Shown here piece after piece: positions 63,044 through 64,000 of a stretch of 64,000 bases of DNA. Below the pieces are notes generated by a model. The model ran no database searches. It worked only from the letters and a program-made list of their open reading frames with translations, and had not been told where the DNA came from. Source of the stretch: Acidimicrobiia bacterium (lineage in GTDB: Bacteria; Actinomycetota; Acidimicrobiia; Acidimicrobiales; Aldehydirespiratoraceae); the NCBI GenBank assembly GCA_022828135.1, contig JAJEJB010000031.1, positions 29,813 to 93,812 of the forward strand, written 5' to 3'. Each line of letters starts with the position of its first letter. The stretch's first letter is position 1. A program made the translations under genes and the position numbers.

Positions 63044-64000
63044 TTGATCCTGAATCCGGGCCAGGGCCGCATCGACGGCGAGCACTACCTCCCGGTCACG
63101 TCGGAGACGTGCCGGTGGGGCTGGTGGCCGAACCGGCTCACCAGGCCTGTGCTGTCGGTGGTCGACGGCGCGGTGGTCACGGTCGACACCCTGTCGCACG
63201 AGGGGATCCTCGAGGACCAGGGCCGCGATCCGACCGCCTTCTTCGGAACCCGGGGCGTTGCCCCCGGCGACGTGCTGGCCGACGCGGTGGAGATGGCCCG
63301 CGACGTTCCCCACACCTTCGGCGTCGACGGACCGCACGTGGTGACCGGACCCATCGAGGTCCAGGGAGCCGAGCCCGGCGACCTGCTGCAGGTCGACATG
63401 CTGGGCTTCGCCCTCCGTGTGCCCTACGGCGTCACCTCGAACCGGCACGGTCTCGGCGCGCTGGGCGGTGAGATGCCCGACGGGACCGAGCCGGCCGACA
63501 CGCTCACCCCCGGCGCGCCCGGTGGCACCGTGTCGGTGTTCACCGAAGTGCAGGGCCACGCCGGTAACGGCACTGCGGTGCTGCGCTACACCGAGAGCCG
63601 TGCCGTGCGGTACCCGATCGCCCCGTTCCTGGGAATGGCGGGCGTCGCGCCCGACACCGACGGACCGGTCGCCACCCGCCCCCCGGGTCGCCACGGCGGC
63701 AACCTGGACGTCAAACACCTCGTGAGCGGCACGACCCTGTACCTGCCGGTCCAGACGCCTGGCGCCGGTTTCGCGGTGGGCGACCCGCACTTCGCGCAGG
63801 GCAACGGCGAGGTGGCGCTCACCGCGCTGGAGGGCTCGCTGCGGGCCGACCTGCGCCTGTCGGTACTACGAGGCCCCGAAGCCCGCCGGGCCTGCGGGCT
63901 GATCGAGAACCCGATGGGCGAGACCGCGGACCACTGGATACCCATCGGCCTTCACCGTGATCTCGACGAGGCGATGCGAGAGGCAGTCCGGGAGGCTCTG
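63044..64000 (+). CDS. Acetamidase/formamidase-family amidase (3' end outside window)
   Basis: This ORF is absent from the supplied track. Reading frame 2 gives L(M)ILNPGQGRIDGEHYLPVTSETCRWGWWP...VDTLSHEGILEDQGRDP...GPHVVTGPIEVQGAEPGDLL...GGNLDVKHL...GDPHFAQGNGEV... and is open to 64000. The TTG at 63044 (or the GTG at 63005 inside the repeat) is the possible start. Confidence 0.8.
   Translation, partial: MILNPGQGRIDGEHYLPVTSETCRWGWWPNRLTRPVLSVVDGAVVTVDTLSHEGILEDQGRDPTAFFGTRGVAPGDVLADAVEMARDVPHTFGVDGPHVVTGPIEVQGAEPGDLLQVDMLGFALRVPYGVTSNRHGLGALGGEMPDGTEPADTLTPGAPGGTVSVFTEVQGHAGNGTAVLRYTESRAVRYPIAPFLGMAGVAPDTDGPVATRPPGRHGGNLDVKHLVSGTTLYLPVQTPGAGFAVGDPHFAQGNGEVALTALEGSLRADLRLSVLRGPEARRACGLIENPMGETADHWIPIGLHRDLDEAMREAVREAL

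Overview
High-GC, gene-dense bacterial chromosomal window. Gene content looks Actinomycetota-like: several luciferase-like/F420-type oxidoreductases, many GTG starts, frequent 4-bp GTGA/ATGA gene overlaps and one apparent leaderless promoter. An Acidimicrobiia-type host is my guess only. I call about 62 intact protein genes, mostly accessory catabolism. These include 5 amidohydrolases, 4 LLM oxidoreductases, 6 VOC/glyoxalase-fold proteins, 2 family-III CoA-transferases plus a fragment, enoyl-CoA hydratases, a thiolase, a MaoC hydratase, an acyl-CoA ligase and 2 FGGY kinases. Transporters are 2 MFS, NCS2, SulP, a YeiH type and a MacB/FtsX-type ABC system, and bioA and bioF-bioD are present. I saw no rRNA, tRNA, CRISPR array, transposase, integrase or phage genes. 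The best second-look items follow. (1) A tandem array of three paralogous 67-84 aa single-pass membrane/coiled-coil proteins (11312-12013) has identical TAG-N9-GTG junctions and its own promoter-like AT-rich patch, and it sits inside a scar of gene fragments. (2) A dispersed, non-palindromic repeat with a 47-nt core occurs at five loci plus one possible degenerate site. It is nearly always in the sense orientation of neighbouring genes, twice lies between cistrons of an operon, and twice lies at gene-fragment junctions. (3) Two gene-decay zones (11051-13026 and 17198-18895) hold remnants of ABC ATPase, P450, CoA-transferase, acyl-CoA dehydrogenase, acyl-CoA synthetase and enoyl-CoA hydratase genes. 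(4) Two 400-aa CoA-transferase paralogs form direct repeats around an NCS2 permease that carries an extra C-terminal cytoplasmic domain. (5) A translationally coupled M24 pair, one catalytic and one apparently degenerate, lies upstream of MaoC and thiolase genes. (6) A 41-bp tandem duplication of a GTGA gene junction creates a relay mini-ORF. All calls come from reading the translations and sequence by eye. No database search, HMM, folding or statistics were run, and identity levels are visual estimates.
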